From positions 1,088,001-1,152,000 of the forward strand of contig CBDCSU010000005.1 of the NCBI GenBank assembly GCA_965221775.1: a stretch of 64,000 bases of DNA, in the 5' to 3' direction. Position 1 is the stretch's first letter, and each line of letters starts with the position of its first letter. This DNA comes from Candidatus Latescibacterota bacterium. Lineage in GTDB: Bacteria > Latescibacterota > UBA2968 > UBA8231. Position numbers and translations under genes: made by a program. Under the pieces are notes generated by a model. It was given only the letters and a program-made list of their open reading frames with translations, ran no database searches and was not told the DNA's origin. Positions 46,622 to 56,415 of the stretch are shown here, one piece after another.

Positions 46622-47422
46622 CTACGCCTGGTAGATGACCGGATTCCGCTCGGGGTCGTCGATGAAGGCGGTGAGCCCGGCGCGGCGGCCGTCCACTGGG
46701 GCCGAGTTCTCCGTGCGCATGTGGATGGCCAGGCTGCGGCGGGGACCGGCCGAGCGGTTGGGACCGCTGCCGTGGAAGGTGAGGCAGTCGTGGAAGCTGG
46801 CGCCGCCCGGCGGCAGCAGGGCCGGCACCTCCTCCCAGGATTGGCCATCGGGCACCGGAATGGCGGCTCGCTGGTCGTCGAGGTCCTGGCGGTGGAAGCC
46901 GCCGTCGTCGAGCAGGCCCCATCCATGCGAACCGCGCACGAAGCGCATGGGGCCGGCCTCGGCGGTCACGTCGCTCAGGGCCACCCAGGCGGTGAACAGC
47001 TCGCTGCCCTCCTCCCACGCCCGCCAGTAGTGGCGGTCCTGGTGCCAGCCGATGTTGAGCTCGGCCTCCCCTTCTTCGGGCTGGGGCGGCTTGTAGAGCA
47101 GCTGCGTCCACCACACCTGCACCATGCGCGCCCCGGTGACGCGGGCGGCCCACCGGCCCAGGTCGGGATGGCTCACGAGGGCGCGAATCCCGAGGTCGGC
47201 CTGCTGGGGCAGCTCGATCTTGCACAGCTCGTTCGGGTCGTCCCCCGGGTTCCAGCGCGAGTGCTGGGGCGGCTGCCCGGCGTCGTAGCGTCCCTCGCGC
47301 ACGGCGTCCATGCCGGCGACGGCGGCCTGCACGACGTCAGAGGGCAGAACGGGGTCCGGGGCGATGTAGAAGCCGTCGGTGCGGTACTGCTGCTGGATGG
47401 TGCTGGCTGTGGCCTCGATCAT
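46622..47422 (-). CDS. PhyH family dioxygenase
   Basis: 'WHQD', 'TAWVALSDV...GPM.FV.GSH', 'FHGSGPNRS..PRR'. Confidence 0.92.
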   Translation of the reverse strand: MIEATASTIQQQYRTDGFYIAPDPVLPSDVVQAAVAGMDAVREGRYDAGQPPQHSRWNPGDDPNELCKIELPQQADLGIRALVSHPDLGRWAARVTGARMVQVWWTQLLYKPPQPEEGEAELNIGWHQDRHYWRAWEEGSELFTAWVALSDVTAEAGPMRFVRGSHGWGLLDDGGFHRQDLDDQRAAIPVPDGQSWEEVPALLPPGGASFHDCLTFHGSGPNRSAGPRRSLAIHMRTENSAPVDGRRAGLTAFIDDPERNPVIYQA

Positions 47423-47534
47423 GGCGGCAGAACATAGGGCCTGCTCCGGCCGGTACCACCACTCCCGCGGCACCCGACGCTCGGCAGGCATCCGGCTTGT
47501 CCGGGGCCACCGGCCACCGTAGCGTCCGTCCCCA

Positions 47535-48437
47535 ATGACCTTCTACGTAGCCGCGTACGACACCGAGGCCGTCTATCCCTGGTGGGAAACCGGTCAGCCG
47601 GGCATGACCTACGAAGGCGCCCGCCTCGACGAGTGCCTCGACGGCGTGCGCGCCGTCGCCGAGGTCCACCTGCGGCACCGGGCGCCGGCGACCTTCTTCA
47701 TCGTCGGCCGCCTCGCCCAGGCCGCGGGGGCCCGGCTGCGGGAGATCCTCGACCACGACCTGTTCGAGCTGGAGTCCCACAGCTCCACCCACCAGAACAT
47801 GCTCGCCATCCGTGACGATGGCGCGGCGGTGCGCCGCGAGCTGGTCGACTCCAAGGCCGTCGTCGAGGACCTCTTCGGACGCGAGGTGATCGGCTTCACG
47901 GCGCCGGGCGGCTCCGACCGCGGATTCCTGGGGGAGACACGACTGCTGGAGGCGCTGTGGGAGGCGGGCTACCGCTACGTCCGCACCCTGAGCTGGCAGC
48001 CCGGCAACCTTGCGCCGGCGCCGCTGACCCAGCCCTTCTGGTTCGCCGACGACGGCTTCCCGAAGCTGCTGGAGATCTCCGCCCACGCCTGGCACGACAA
48101 CATCCTCACCGGCCAGCCCTCGGCGGCCGCCTGGCCTCCGGCCCTGCCCTGGGGCTATCCGGCGCGCACGCCCGCTACCGCACGGGAGGTCTACCAGGCC
48201 TACGCTCCCGGCATCGAGCACGTCCGCGACCAGGGCCTGCTCACCTATTCCCCCTGCTTCCATCCCTGGTCGATCCACCGCATCGACCGCGGCGCCGGGC
48301 AGATCGACCTGCTGCTGGACCACGCTCGCCGCGCCGGCCTGACCCTAACGTCGTGCGGCGACGTGTACCGGCTCCTGGCCGCGGAACCCCAGTTGGCCCA
48401 TCCGGCGCCGAGGTTCGCCAGCGGCCCGGGCGCCTGA
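47535..48437 (+). CDS. Polysaccharide deacetylase (NodB-like)
   Basis: 'YDTE', 'ATFFIVG', 'ESHSSTH', 'GFTAPG', 'FHPW'. Confidence 0.88.
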   Translation: MTFYVAAYDTEAVYPWWETGQPGMTYEGARLDECLDGVRAVAEVHLRHRAPATFFIVGRLAQAAGARLREILDHDLFELESHSSTHQNMLAIRDDGAAVRRELVDSKAVVEDLFGREVIGFTAPGGSDRGFLGETRLLEALWEAGYRYVRTLSWQPGNLAPAPLTQPFWFADDGFPKLLEISAHAWHDNILTGQPSAAAWPPALPWGYPARTPATAREVYQAYAPGIEHVRDQGLLTYSPCFHPWSIHRIDRGAGQIDLLLDHARRAGLTLTSCGDVYRLLAAEPQLAHPAPRFASGPGA

Positions 48438-48542
48438 CCCCGGATCAGGATTCGAGCTCGAAGCTTCCGGTGGTACGGCGCCAGGCCTTCGGGGAAGCAT
48501 ATTCCACTTGATTGAGATGCTCTTGTCCTCGAATCTAGCATC

Positions 48543-48738
48543 ATGAAGACCACTGTCGATATTCCCGACAACGAGCTCGAGGACCATCCGATTCACCAAG
48601 GCGAAGACCAAGCGCGAGGCCATCGTCGGCGCCGTGGCCGAGCTCACGCGCCACGCCGGCACTTGTTCGGGGCTGATCACCCCGGAGGAGCTCCAGGCCA
48701 ATAGGCGGCGGGGCGAGCTTCTGGCCTCGGTGGACTGA
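48543..48738 (+). pseudogene. Frameshifted VapB-like antitoxin; toxin absent
   Basis: 'MKTTVDIPDNELED' then out-of-frame 'IRFTKAKTKREAIV.AV'; GATGCT...AGCATC palindrome upstream. Confidence 0.7.
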
Positions 48739-48763
48739 CTCGGCGAGGGCTGCCCCGGGGGCC

Positions 48764-50848
48764 TCAGCGCCCGAAGCGCAGGCCGATGAAGTACCCCGGC
48801 CAGACGAAGACCCCGTCCTCCGGTTCCTCCTCGAAGCGGCTGCCCGATTCGATCAGACGGGGATGGCCCTTGGTCGACCACCTGTTCAGCGAGAGACCGC
48901 CGAACAGCCACGGACGGCCGGGGAGGGGGGCCCCCTGGGCCAGGACCACCCCCGTCTCGAGCCGGATCCGCCACAGGCTGTTGTCCGTGTCCGACCGAAC
49001 CTCCCGGATGCTGAGGGGCGGCCAGAAGTCGATGTCGGCGTCGTAGTCCTCTCCGAGATCGCGGCTGATCCGGAGGCCGTGCACATCCAGGCCGATGGAG
49101 AGCCTGCGCCCGCTCTTGCGCACCCCGGCCCCCAGACCGATGGCCCAGAGCCGCCGGCCGTCCTCGCTGGCGAAGCCGGTGGTGAAGGATGTGTGGTAGA
49201 GGCGGCTGCCGGAGGCGAGGGTGAGCAGGTTGAAGCCGACCTCGTCGCGCCAGGTGCTGAGGCTGAAGACGCCGTTGCGCGAGTAGTTGATCAACCCTAT
49301 GGGCAACCCGCCGTCGATGCGGCCGGAGATGTTGGTCACGCCCACCTGCCAGCCCTTCACCCGGCGCGCCACGTTCAGGAGACCGATCTGAGCCCCCCTG
49401 ACCTCACCGGCCACATTGCCGCTTGCCGCGAACTGGCCGCCGCGGATCTCATCGGCCACGTTGACCCCGGCCGCCACCTGCCAGCCGCGCACCTGCGAGG
49501 CGATGTTGATCGGCCCTGCCTGCCCTCCCTGCAGAGGCCCCACCGCCCAGTTGACGCCCCAGATGGTCGTCTGCCAGCCGGCGACCTCCTCAAGGGCCAG
49601 GTTGCCCACCCAGCCCACCTGGCTGCCGGTGCGCTCGCGGGCCACGTTGGCCATCCAGCCGACCTGGACGCCGTCGAAAGGCTCGTCCTGGGTATTGGTC
49701 ACCAGCCCCATCGTCAGGGTACGGCCTTCGCCGGTGACGACCTCGATCTGACGGTCCTCGTTCATCCCCAACGCGAGGCCCCGCTTCGAACCGCCCCGCA
49801 GTCCGGTCTGTTCCGGGGCCAGGGCGCGGAATCGGCCGGCCGTCACCTCAACGAAATCGCCATCCGCCAGGACCAGCTCCGCCAGTCGCCAGTCCTCGCC
49901 GTCCTCCTGCAGGTAGAGCGCGTAGGAGCCCGGCTCCACTCCCAGGTCCACGGCGCGGCCGGCGGGCTTCTCCAGCTCGGCGACGATCCGCTGCCGGGCG
50001 TTGCGGACATACAGACGGCCGGAGAGGGCTTCCTCCAGCAGCAGGCCCGCGGCCTTGCGGCGCACGTCGGTCATCACCACGCCGCCGGTGCCCCGCATCT
50101 CGACCTCGTAGGCCGGGTGCTGGATGCCCCCCGCGGTGCCCGTGGTCCGGGCCCGCGTCTCGTTGAATGTGAACTGGTAGGCCTCGTTGAGGGTTACCCG
50201 TCCGTCGCCGTCGCCGTCCGCGGCCCCCCGCAGCCCCGAGACGAGGTAGTGGGTGAAGAAGGAGGCCTGGAGCAGGTCGGACTCCTGGGCCGCCTCGCCG
50301 GCCGAGCTGGAGGTGAGGAAGGCGTAGCCCTCCATGTCGAAGGACTCGTCCACCAGGAAGGGCGGGCGCCGCCGGCCCCCCTTCGTGCGGGTGATGGCCC
50401 CGGAGGCGCAGGCGTCGAGGACGGCGATGTGCACGTCGGCGGGGGCCCTCTCCAGGGCGCCGCGCAGGAGCGGGTACTCCAGGCGGTCACCGGCCAGCAG
50501 CAGGCCCTTCGCGTCGGCGTGTCCCGAGTAGTAGAGCAGCACCTCCAGCCGGTCTCCGCGCCGGCCGGCCGTCTGCACGCGCTCCTCAAGCTCGGCCAGG
50601 CCCTGCTCGAAGGCGGCGAGGTCGGGATTGCGCAGCAGCAGCGCGTCCTCCGGGGCCAGGCCGCCCATCTCCTGCAGCACCTGGACGATGCTCTCCGCGT
50701 CCGAGACCGCATAGCGCAGCAGCTCGCGGTCGACGCCGCCGTTGTTGGACCCGGCGGCCAGCAGCAGGCGCCGCACCTCGGCGGCTTCCGCCGGCAGGGA
50801 CAGACCCGCCGCGGCGGCGACGGACAGCAGCAGGCGCACCACGTACAT
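48764..50848 (-). CDS. Exported caspase-like peptidase (C14) with GxQxGxxN repeats and a beta-rich C-terminus
   Basis: Signal peptide; 'LRYA.SDA'; dyad 'YYSGHA' and 'VLDACASG'; 'AQESD', 'FTHYLVSGLRGAAD', 'QHP'. Confidence 0.88.
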   Translation of the reverse strand: MYVVRLLLSVAAAAGLSLPAEAAEVRRLLLAAGSNNGGVDRELLRYAVSDAESIVQVLQEMGGLAPEDALLLRNPDLAAFEQGLAELEERVQTAGRRGDRLEVLLYYSGHADAKGLLLAGDRLEYPLLRGALERAPADVHIAVLDACASGAITRTKGGRRRPPFLVDESFDMEGYAFLTSSSAGEAAQESDLLQASFFTHYLVSGLRGAADGDGDGRVTLNEAYQFTFNETRARTTGTAGGIQHPAYEVEMRGTGGVVMTDVRRKAAGLLLEEALSGRLYVRNARQRIVAELEKPAGRAVDLGVEPGSYALYLQEDGEDWRLAELVLADGDFVEVTAGRFRALAPEQTGLRGGSKRGLALGMNEDRQIEVVTGEGRTLTMGLVTNTQDEPFDGVQVGWMANVARERTGSQVGWVGNLALEEVAGWQTTIWGVNWAVGPLQGGQAGPINIASQVRGWQVAAGVNVADEIRGGQFAASGNVAGEVRGAQIGLLNVARRVKGWQVGVTNISGRIDGGLPIGLINYSRNGVFSLSTWRDEVGFNLLTLASGSRLYHTSFTTGFASEDGRRLWAIGLGAGVRKSGRRLSIGLDVHGLRISRDLGEDYDADIDFWPPLSIREVRSDTDNSLWRIRLETGVVLAQGAPLPGRPWLFGGLSLNRWSTKGHPRLIESGSRFEEEPEDGVFVWPGYFIGLRFGR

Positions 50849-50883
50849 AGCCACAACTCCCCGGTGACTGGAATCGACCCGTT

Positions 50884-51660
50884 TCAGGGTGAACCCGTCT
50901 TTTTCAAGGTGAACTGGTGGAGGCGAAGGTCGCCGGCCGGGGCCAGGTCGCCGGCGGCCAGTTGTTCTTCGAGCGCCGCCAGGCCGAAGGGGCGGTCGGA
51001 CGCCACCAGGAAGAACCGCTCCCACAGCGGCGCGTCGTCCAGCTCGTAGGCGAAGTCGAGGGTGTCCGCAGGCGCCAGGGGCACCGCTTCCTCGCCGGAG
51101 ACGGGAAGGTGGCGGGTCACGGCGCCGCGGCCGTCGACGGAGAGGACCGCCCCGAAGGCCAGACCGTCGGAGCGATAGGCGATCTGCACCAGGTCCCCGC
51201 TTCGGGCCGGGGCCCCGTCCTCCAGGCGTTCGTGGCCGCCGGCCAGCTTGCGGAAGATCATCAGGCGAGGCCCCTCCCCATCGCCCTTTACCCGCAGCGC
51301 GGTCTCCGCCCCGCCGCCCGTGCCGGTCCGGTCCTCGTCCAAGAGAGCGGGCACCGCCACCACCGCCAGGACCAGGGCCGAGGCCGGCACGGCCCACGGG
51401 CGGTACCCGCTCCACCCGCGCCGGGCGGTCCCGCTCCGGCCGCGCTGCAGTCTCCCCTCGATGCGGCGGCCCATCCACCCGGCCGGGTAGCGCCGGTGCA
51501 GTTCCTCGTTGGAGCGCCGGAGGTCCTCCAGCCGCCGGGCGAGCACGGGGTCGTCCGCCACCCGCTGGTCGAGGCCGGCCAGCTCGGCGGCGCTGCCCTC
51601 GCGCAGCAGGTAACGCTCCAACTGGTAGTCGCTCACCGGACGCTCATTTCGCTCGTTCAT
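50884..51660 (-). CDS. Membrane anti-sigma-like protein (ActD-like/DUF4384-like)
   Basis: 'SDYQLERYLL.E', single TM, 'LRVKG', 'GDLVQIAY', 'LSVDGRG', 'YELDDAP..ERF'. Confidence 0.75.
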   Translation of the reverse strand: MNERNERPVSDYQLERYLLREGSAAELAGLDQRVADDPVLARRLEDLRRSNEELHRRYPAGWMGRRIEGRLQRGRSGTARRGWSGYRPWAVPASALVLAVVAVPALLDEDRTGTGGGAETALRVKGDGEGPRLMIFRKLAGGHERLEDGAPARSGDLVQIAYRSDGLAFGAVLSVDGRGAVTRHLPVSGEEAVPLAPADTLDFAYELDDAPLWERFFLVASDRPFGLAALEEQLAAGDLAPAGDLRLHQFTLKKTGSP

Positions 51661-52130
51661 GCTTCCTCCAACTCCCGCAGGGACGCTCTCAGGCCGCGCA
51701 GCCGCTTGCGCACGCCGGACACGGACAGGCCCACAACTCCCGCCACCTGCTCCAGGGTCATGCCGTCGACATAGTGCAGGAAGGCCATGGTGCGCGTCGA
51801 CTCGCGCTGCCGGCCGAAGAGCCTGGCGAGCATGTCCCGCGCCTCGGTCCGGCTTTCGGTCTCGTCCCAGCGGGCGATCTGCTCGACAAGGGCCGAGTCG
51901 GGCGTGGTCTTCCGGCGCCTGGCGTCGCGGACCCGGTTGAGGCAGTGGTTGGTGGCCATGCGGTAGAGCAGGCTGGAGAGGGCCTCGTCCCGCAGGCGCC
52001 TGTGCTTGATCAACAGCTGCACGAATACATCCTGCGTGGCGTCGAGGGCCTCCTCCTCGTCGTTCAGGATCTGCCGGCAGCGCCGTATGACCATCGGCCC
52101 GTTGCGGCGGTAGAGCGCATCTACGTCCAT
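51657..52130 (-). CDS. ECF sigma factor
   Basis: 'LYRR.G..V.RRC..IL', 'ALDATQDVF', 'LYRMATNHCLN', 'GMTLEQVA...GLSVSGVRKRL'. Confidence 0.93.
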   Translation of the reverse strand: MDVDALYRRNGPMVIRRCRQILNDEEEALDATQDVFVQLLIKHRRLRDEALSSLLYRMATNHCLNRVRDARRRKTTPDSALVEQIARWDETESRTEARDMLARLFGRQRESTRTMAFLHYVDGMTLEQVAGVVGLSVSGVRKRLRGLRASLRELEEA

Positions 52131-52341
52131 CGATTCCCTGGCGGTGTAGACATTCAACACCTGGAGCGGCGCGAGGTGTCACCTGCGAGGTGGGGGTTTC
52201 TCGCGCGGCGAAGCGCGGTGGCGCCGCGGTACCGGGGCTCGCGTCCTGCGGAGAAGCCCGAGCCCCCGGCCCCGCCGCATGGGCCGAGCCGGCGGCCCCC
52301 GAGTGAGCCCTCAATCCCTCAACGGGATGCGGATGACGCCT

Positions 52342-53430
52342 TCAGATGGCATCCAGCGGCACGGCGTCCACCGACGAGGTCAGGCGGAAGCGCTCGCGGC
52401 AGAGGCAGACCAGGAGACCGGGGCCCGCGCGGTCGCCGAAGAGGGCCTGGAAGCGCTCGATGGCCCGGGCGTGCTCCGGCCGGGGCGTGGCCGTGAGCTT
52501 CGCCTCGATGGGGATCAGCTGCCGGCCGTCGTCGAGTAGGAAGTCCACCTCGTGACCGCCGGCGGTGCGCCAGAAGTGGAGGCGCGGCACCTCGCCCCGG
52601 TGCACGAGCAGGCGGTACAGGGACCCCAGGACGGCGCTCTCGATCATGGCGCCCGCGGCCATCCCCTGCAGCACCTGGCCGGGCTCGGTGAGTCCGAGGA
52701 GATAGCCGAGGATCCCGGTGTCCAGGAAGAAGACCTTCGGCCGGTTCACCAGCCTCTTGCCGAGATTCGCGTGGTAGGGCCTCAGGGTCAGGACCTGCCC
52801 GCTCGCTTCCAGGACCGAGACCCAGGCCTTCACCGTCTTGGAGGTGACGCCGAGGTCGCGGGCCAGGTCGGAGAAGTTGATCAGCGCCCCGGAGCGGGCG
52901 GCCAGCGCGTAGAGGACACGCTGGAAGTCCCCTAGGTCGCCGACGGCCCGCAGGGAGCGGACATCGCGCTCGAGATAGGTCTGGACGTAGCTGCTGAGCC
53001 ACAACGCCGGGTCGACCCGCGCGTCGAGGGCGGGCTCGGGAAAGCCGCCGCGGAGCAGCCGCCCGGCGACCTCGGCCGGGTCGCCCCCGGCGCCGCCCTT
53101 CCCGCGCCCGGCGCCGTCGAGCACCTCCCGCCATGGCGTGTCAGGCGCGGCGCGGCCCCCCGTTTCCGCCAGGGACATCGACTGCAGGGAGAGCACCGCG
53201 GCGCGGCCGGCCAGGGACTCGGATACCCCCCGCATCAGCGGAAAGGCCTGGGACCCCGTGATCACGTAGCGGCCCTTCTCCCCCCGGTGCTCGTCCACGT
53301 CGATCTTGACCGCGTGGAGCATCTCCGGCGCGTACTGGATCTCGTCGAGGATCACGGGCGGGGGGAACCGGGAGAGGAGCAGCGGGGCGTCGGCGCGGGC
53401 CTGCTCGCGGAGGGTCACGTCGTCGAGGGT
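52342..53430 (-). pseudogene. 5'-truncated AAA_14-DUF4143 ATPase (no Walker A)
   Basis: Homology begins at 'TLDD...REQARAD'; has 'VILDEIQYAPE', 'YVQTYLERD', 'EVDF..IPIEAK' but no GxRQxGKT. Confidence 0.75.
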
Positions 53431-53437
53431 GCAGTCC

Positions 53438-53528
53438 GATGCAAGCAAATTGGGAATTATATTCCAAATTTGCACGCATCAGGCCCGGTGCGAACACTGC
53501 AGATCAGGAATCAGATTCCAAATTTGCA
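53438..53528. promoter_or_regulatory. Two tandem 31-bp palindromic operators
   Basis: AGCAAATTGGGAATTATATTCCAAATTTGCA (53444-53474) and TGCAGATCAGGAATCAGATTCCAAATTTGCA (53498-53528). Confidence 0.75.
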
Positions 53529-53548
53529 CGCACGTCGAGGTTGGCCGT

Positions 53549-54583
53549 TCAAGGACTCCACTGCGCCGCGCGCTCGAGGAAGACCGCCGGATCGGCGCGC
53601 CAGTCTCCGTAGCCGATGCGCCGGTCGTCGGTCAGATAGTCGAGCTTGTCGTCGATGCAGGCTGCCAGCTCCGCGTCCTCGGCGGCCAGCGCGAAGCCTC
53701 CCCGCTCGACGGCTTCGTCGAGGGCGGTGACGACGAACTCCCCCTCGGAACCGACGCTGGCGTCGCGGTTGCCGATCTCGCCGCGGGCGATGGCGTCGAT
53801 GTCGCCGGCCCGGAGGGCGGCGAGCAGGTCCAACTCGCTGGCTTCCTGCCCCTCCGGACCGTCGAGGTAGATCACCTGCGGCATGTCGTCGGCGGGCGGC
53901 ACCAGCCGCAGGCGGCCGCTCAGATGGTCCGAGGCGCCTGCCGGGGTGATGGTGTGCGCATCGGTGCCGTCGGCCAGGAACTCGCCCCGGTCCGTCTCGA
54001 TGCGGGTGCCGGCCGCGAGCACGCCGCGGGCGTCGACGAAGCCGGTCAGCTCCAGCAGGCGGAACTCGCCGGTGGTGAGCCGCAGCACGCCCACCCGGTC
54101 GGCGCTCGTCAGGTCGCCGTGACGGGCCAGGCGCCCGGCGTCGGCGGCCCGGACCAGCAGCGACTGGCGGAAGAGGATGTGCCCGGAGGTGAAGATCACC
54201 GCGCGCTCGCCCGCGGCATTGCGGGTGCGCGAGTCGAGGATGGTGATGCCGCCGCCCACCAGGTCGTACTCCGCCCCGGCCGCCCGCAGCCAGATCTCCG
54301 ACCACTCGGCGATGCCGCGGCGGGCGAAGGAGAGGCCGGCGCCGTCCATGGCGGCCAAGGCGGTCAGCAGGTCCGCCTCGTATCCGCGATGCTCGTCGAA
54401 CCCGTCCACTCCGGGGTTCGGGTCGGCGCTGTAGCTGACCGGCTCGAAGAAGGCGTAGAACCCGGCCTGGAGGACCCGGCCCTCGCCGCAGGCGGCGCCG
54501 GGCGGCGAATCGCTGGGAGAAGAGCAGGCGGCCAGGAACACGGACGCGGCGGCGAAGGCCGCTCGGGACCAGGACAGGGACAT
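53549..54583 (-). CDS. Substrate-binding lipoprotein (SBP family 3-like)
   Basis: Lipobox 'LAAC'; 'F.PVSY', 'GYEADLL', 'DLVGGGITI...R', 'ALRAGDIDA'. Confidence 0.8.
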   Translation of the reverse strand: MSLSWSRAAFAAASVFLAACSSPSDSPPGAACGEGRVLQAGFYAFFEPVSYSADPNPGVDGFDEHRGYEADLLTALAAMDGAGLSFARRGIAEWSEIWLRAAGAEYDLVGGGITILDSRTRNAAGERAVIFTSGHILFRQSLLVRAADAGRLARHGDLTSADRVGVLRLTTGEFRLLELTGFVDARGVLAAGTRIETDRGEFLADGTDAHTITPAGASDHLSGRLRLVPPADDMPQVIYLDGPEGQEASELDLLAALRAGDIDAIARGEIGNRDASVGSEGEFVVTALDEAVERGGFALAAEDAELAACIDDKLDYLTDDRRIGYGDWRADPAVFLERAAQWSP

Positions 54584-54667
54584 GCGGCTACCTACTTGGC
54601 GAGTGGGGAAAGATGCCGGCATCGGGGATACCTCGGGCCGGCGGCGGCGACAGCGCTGGCGGCGGCC

Positions 54668-56122
54668 TCAGGCGTCCACGGCGACGGCTGTGGCCGTCTC
54701 CTGGGTCATGATGGCGCTGCGCACGAGGGCGAGCTTGTTGGCGGCGTTGAAGGCGGCCACCTTGTAGGCCTCGGCCAGGGTGGGGTAGTTGAAGACGGTG
54801 CGGATGAAGTAGTCGAGGCCGCCCCCCAGCCCCAGCACCGCCTGCCCCACGTGGACCAGCTCGGTGGCGCCCGAGCCGATGCAGTGGGCCCCGAGCAGGC
54901 GCCCGTCCTCGCGGTGGAAGATCAGCTTCACCATGCCCGAGTCGTCGCCGAGGATCTGGCCGCGGGCGATCTCCTTGTAGTGGGCGATGCCGGTCTCGTA
55001 GGGCACGCGGTTGCGGGTCAGCTCCTCCTCCGTGTCCCCCACCATGGAGATCTCCGGGATGGCGTAGAGGCCGATCGGGTAGTGGCGGCCCATGGGCTGG
55101 GCCTCGACGCCGAACATGTGGCAGGCGGCCAGGCGCCCCTGCTCGCTGGAGGTCGAGGCCAGGGCGGGGAAGCCGATGACGTCGCCGGCGGCGTAGATGT
55201 TATCCGCCGCCGTGCGGTAGTGCTCGTCCACCACCAGCCGGCCGCGCTCGTCCGCCTCCAGCCCCACCGCCTCGAGGGCGAGATCCTCGGTGGCGCCGAT
55301 GCGGCCGGCCGAGAACAGGACCACGTCGGCGACGATGTTCTTGCCCGACTCGAGCTTGATGAGGCCCTTGGGCTGGGGCACCTCCACCACCTCCAGATGC
55401 TCCACCGCCTCGCCGCAGCGGAAGGTGACGTCCGCCCTGCGCAGCTGGTGGATCAGCTCGTCCACGATCTCCTGGTCGACGAACTCCAGGGGGCGGGGGC
55501 GGCGGTCGATGATCGTCACCTGCACCCCCAGGGACGCGAACATGGAGGCGTACTCGATGCCGATCACGCCGGCGCCGACCACGGCGAGGTTGCGCGGCAG
55601 GTTGTCGATGTCGAGGACGTGGTCCGAGGTCAGGATCGTGCGCCCGTCCGGGGGCAGACTCGGCGGATCGCTGGCGCGCGTGCCCACGGCGACCAGCACC
55701 TTGTCCACCGACAGCCGGCGCCGGCCCTGGAGCCCCTCCACCAGGACGGTGTGGGCATCGACGAAGGAGGCGCGCCCGCGGATGACCTCGACATCGTTGC
55801 GCGACAGGTTCTCCTGCACCACGGAGAGCTCGCGCTCGATGACCCGCTCCACGTGCCCCACGAGCTGCTGCATGGTGGGCCGCGCCCGCGGCCGGAACTG
55901 CTCGTGGGCCTCCAGCCCGGGGCGGGAGTAGCCGCGGCGCACGGCTTCGCGGAACGTCTTCGAGGGGATCGTGCCGCTCTCGATGCAGACCCCCCCGACG
56001 ATCTGCTGCTTCTCGACCACGGCCACCCGCTTGCCCAGCTTGGCCGCCTGGATGGCGGCGCGCTGGCCGGCGGGCCCGCTGCCGATGCAGACGAGGTCGT
56101 AGTCGTGGTGATTCTCGCTCAC
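54668..56122 (-). CDS. sthA: Soluble (Si-specific) NAD(P)+ transhydrogenase
   Basis: 'IGSGPAGQRAAIQAAK', 'GGVCIESGTIPSK', 'GAGVIGIEYAS', 'VFNYPTLAEAYKVAA'. Confidence 0.93.
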   Translation of the reverse strand: MSENHHDYDLVCIGSGPAGQRAAIQAAKLGKRVAVVEKQQIVGGVCIESGTIPSKTFREAVRRGYSRPGLEAHEQFRPRARPTMQQLVGHVERVIERELSVVQENLSRNDVEVIRGRASFVDAHTVLVEGLQGRRRLSVDKVLVAVGTRASDPPSLPPDGRTILTSDHVLDIDNLPRNLAVVGAGVIGIEYASMFASLGVQVTIIDRRPRPLEFVDQEIVDELIHQLRRADVTFRCGEAVEHLEVVEVPQPKGLIKLESGKNIVADVVLFSAGRIGATEDLALEAVGLEADERGRLVVDEHYRTAADNIYAAGDVIGFPALASTSSEQGRLAACHMFGVEAQPMGRHYPIGLYAIPEISMVGDTEEELTRNRVPYETGIAHYKEIARGQILGDDSGMVKLIFHREDGRLLGAHCIGSGATELVHVGQAVLGLGGGLDYFIRTVFNYPTLAEAYKVAAFNAANKLALVRSAIMTQETATAVAVDA

Positions 56123-56226
56123 GGATCAGGCTCCCGGGCCTCCGGTGGCGGCGGCCCCCCTGCGGGTTCAGCTTGAATATGGGGAATCTGGTTGGGGGAA
56201 GCAGCCCGGCTCGCGGGGCTTCTTGC

Positions 56227-56415
56227 TCAGGAGTCCGACCCGAGTCGCTCTGCGCGGTACTCACGGTAAGGGATCGTGTCCTCTATCCCAGCAGCTCTGT
56301 ACTCTTCCAGCGTCCTCTTGGCCGCCTCCTGGTCTTGCAGGAGTTCCCGGCGGTGCCCATGGTCCAGATCAGGAAGGCCGTCGAAACCATCCCGCTCAGG
56401 CCGGGGATCGCTCAT
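56227..56415 (-). other. Short ORF overlapping the MNT stop; possible fused TA remnant
   Basis: ATG sits where a HEPN partner would start, but there is no RxxxxH motif. Confidence 0.35.

Noticed and set aside
43878-47225. 1115-aa fusion ORF (similarly 764-2566, 1936-4188, 22841-25087, 35136-37340, 48764-51478)
   Set aside because: The N-terminal extensions are off-frame or antisense read-through over neighbouring genes; true starts were reassigned.
54590-54667. Possible duplicated sthA 3' end
   Set aside because: The similarity (CGGCGAC.GC) is too short and GC-rich to distinguish from chance.
53306-56176. Long antisense ORFs (also 4270-6627, 14149-16194, 43977-46037, 48863-51049, 60001-61641)
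   Set aside because: Shadow frames of well-supported genes in high-GC DNA, with no motifs of their own.
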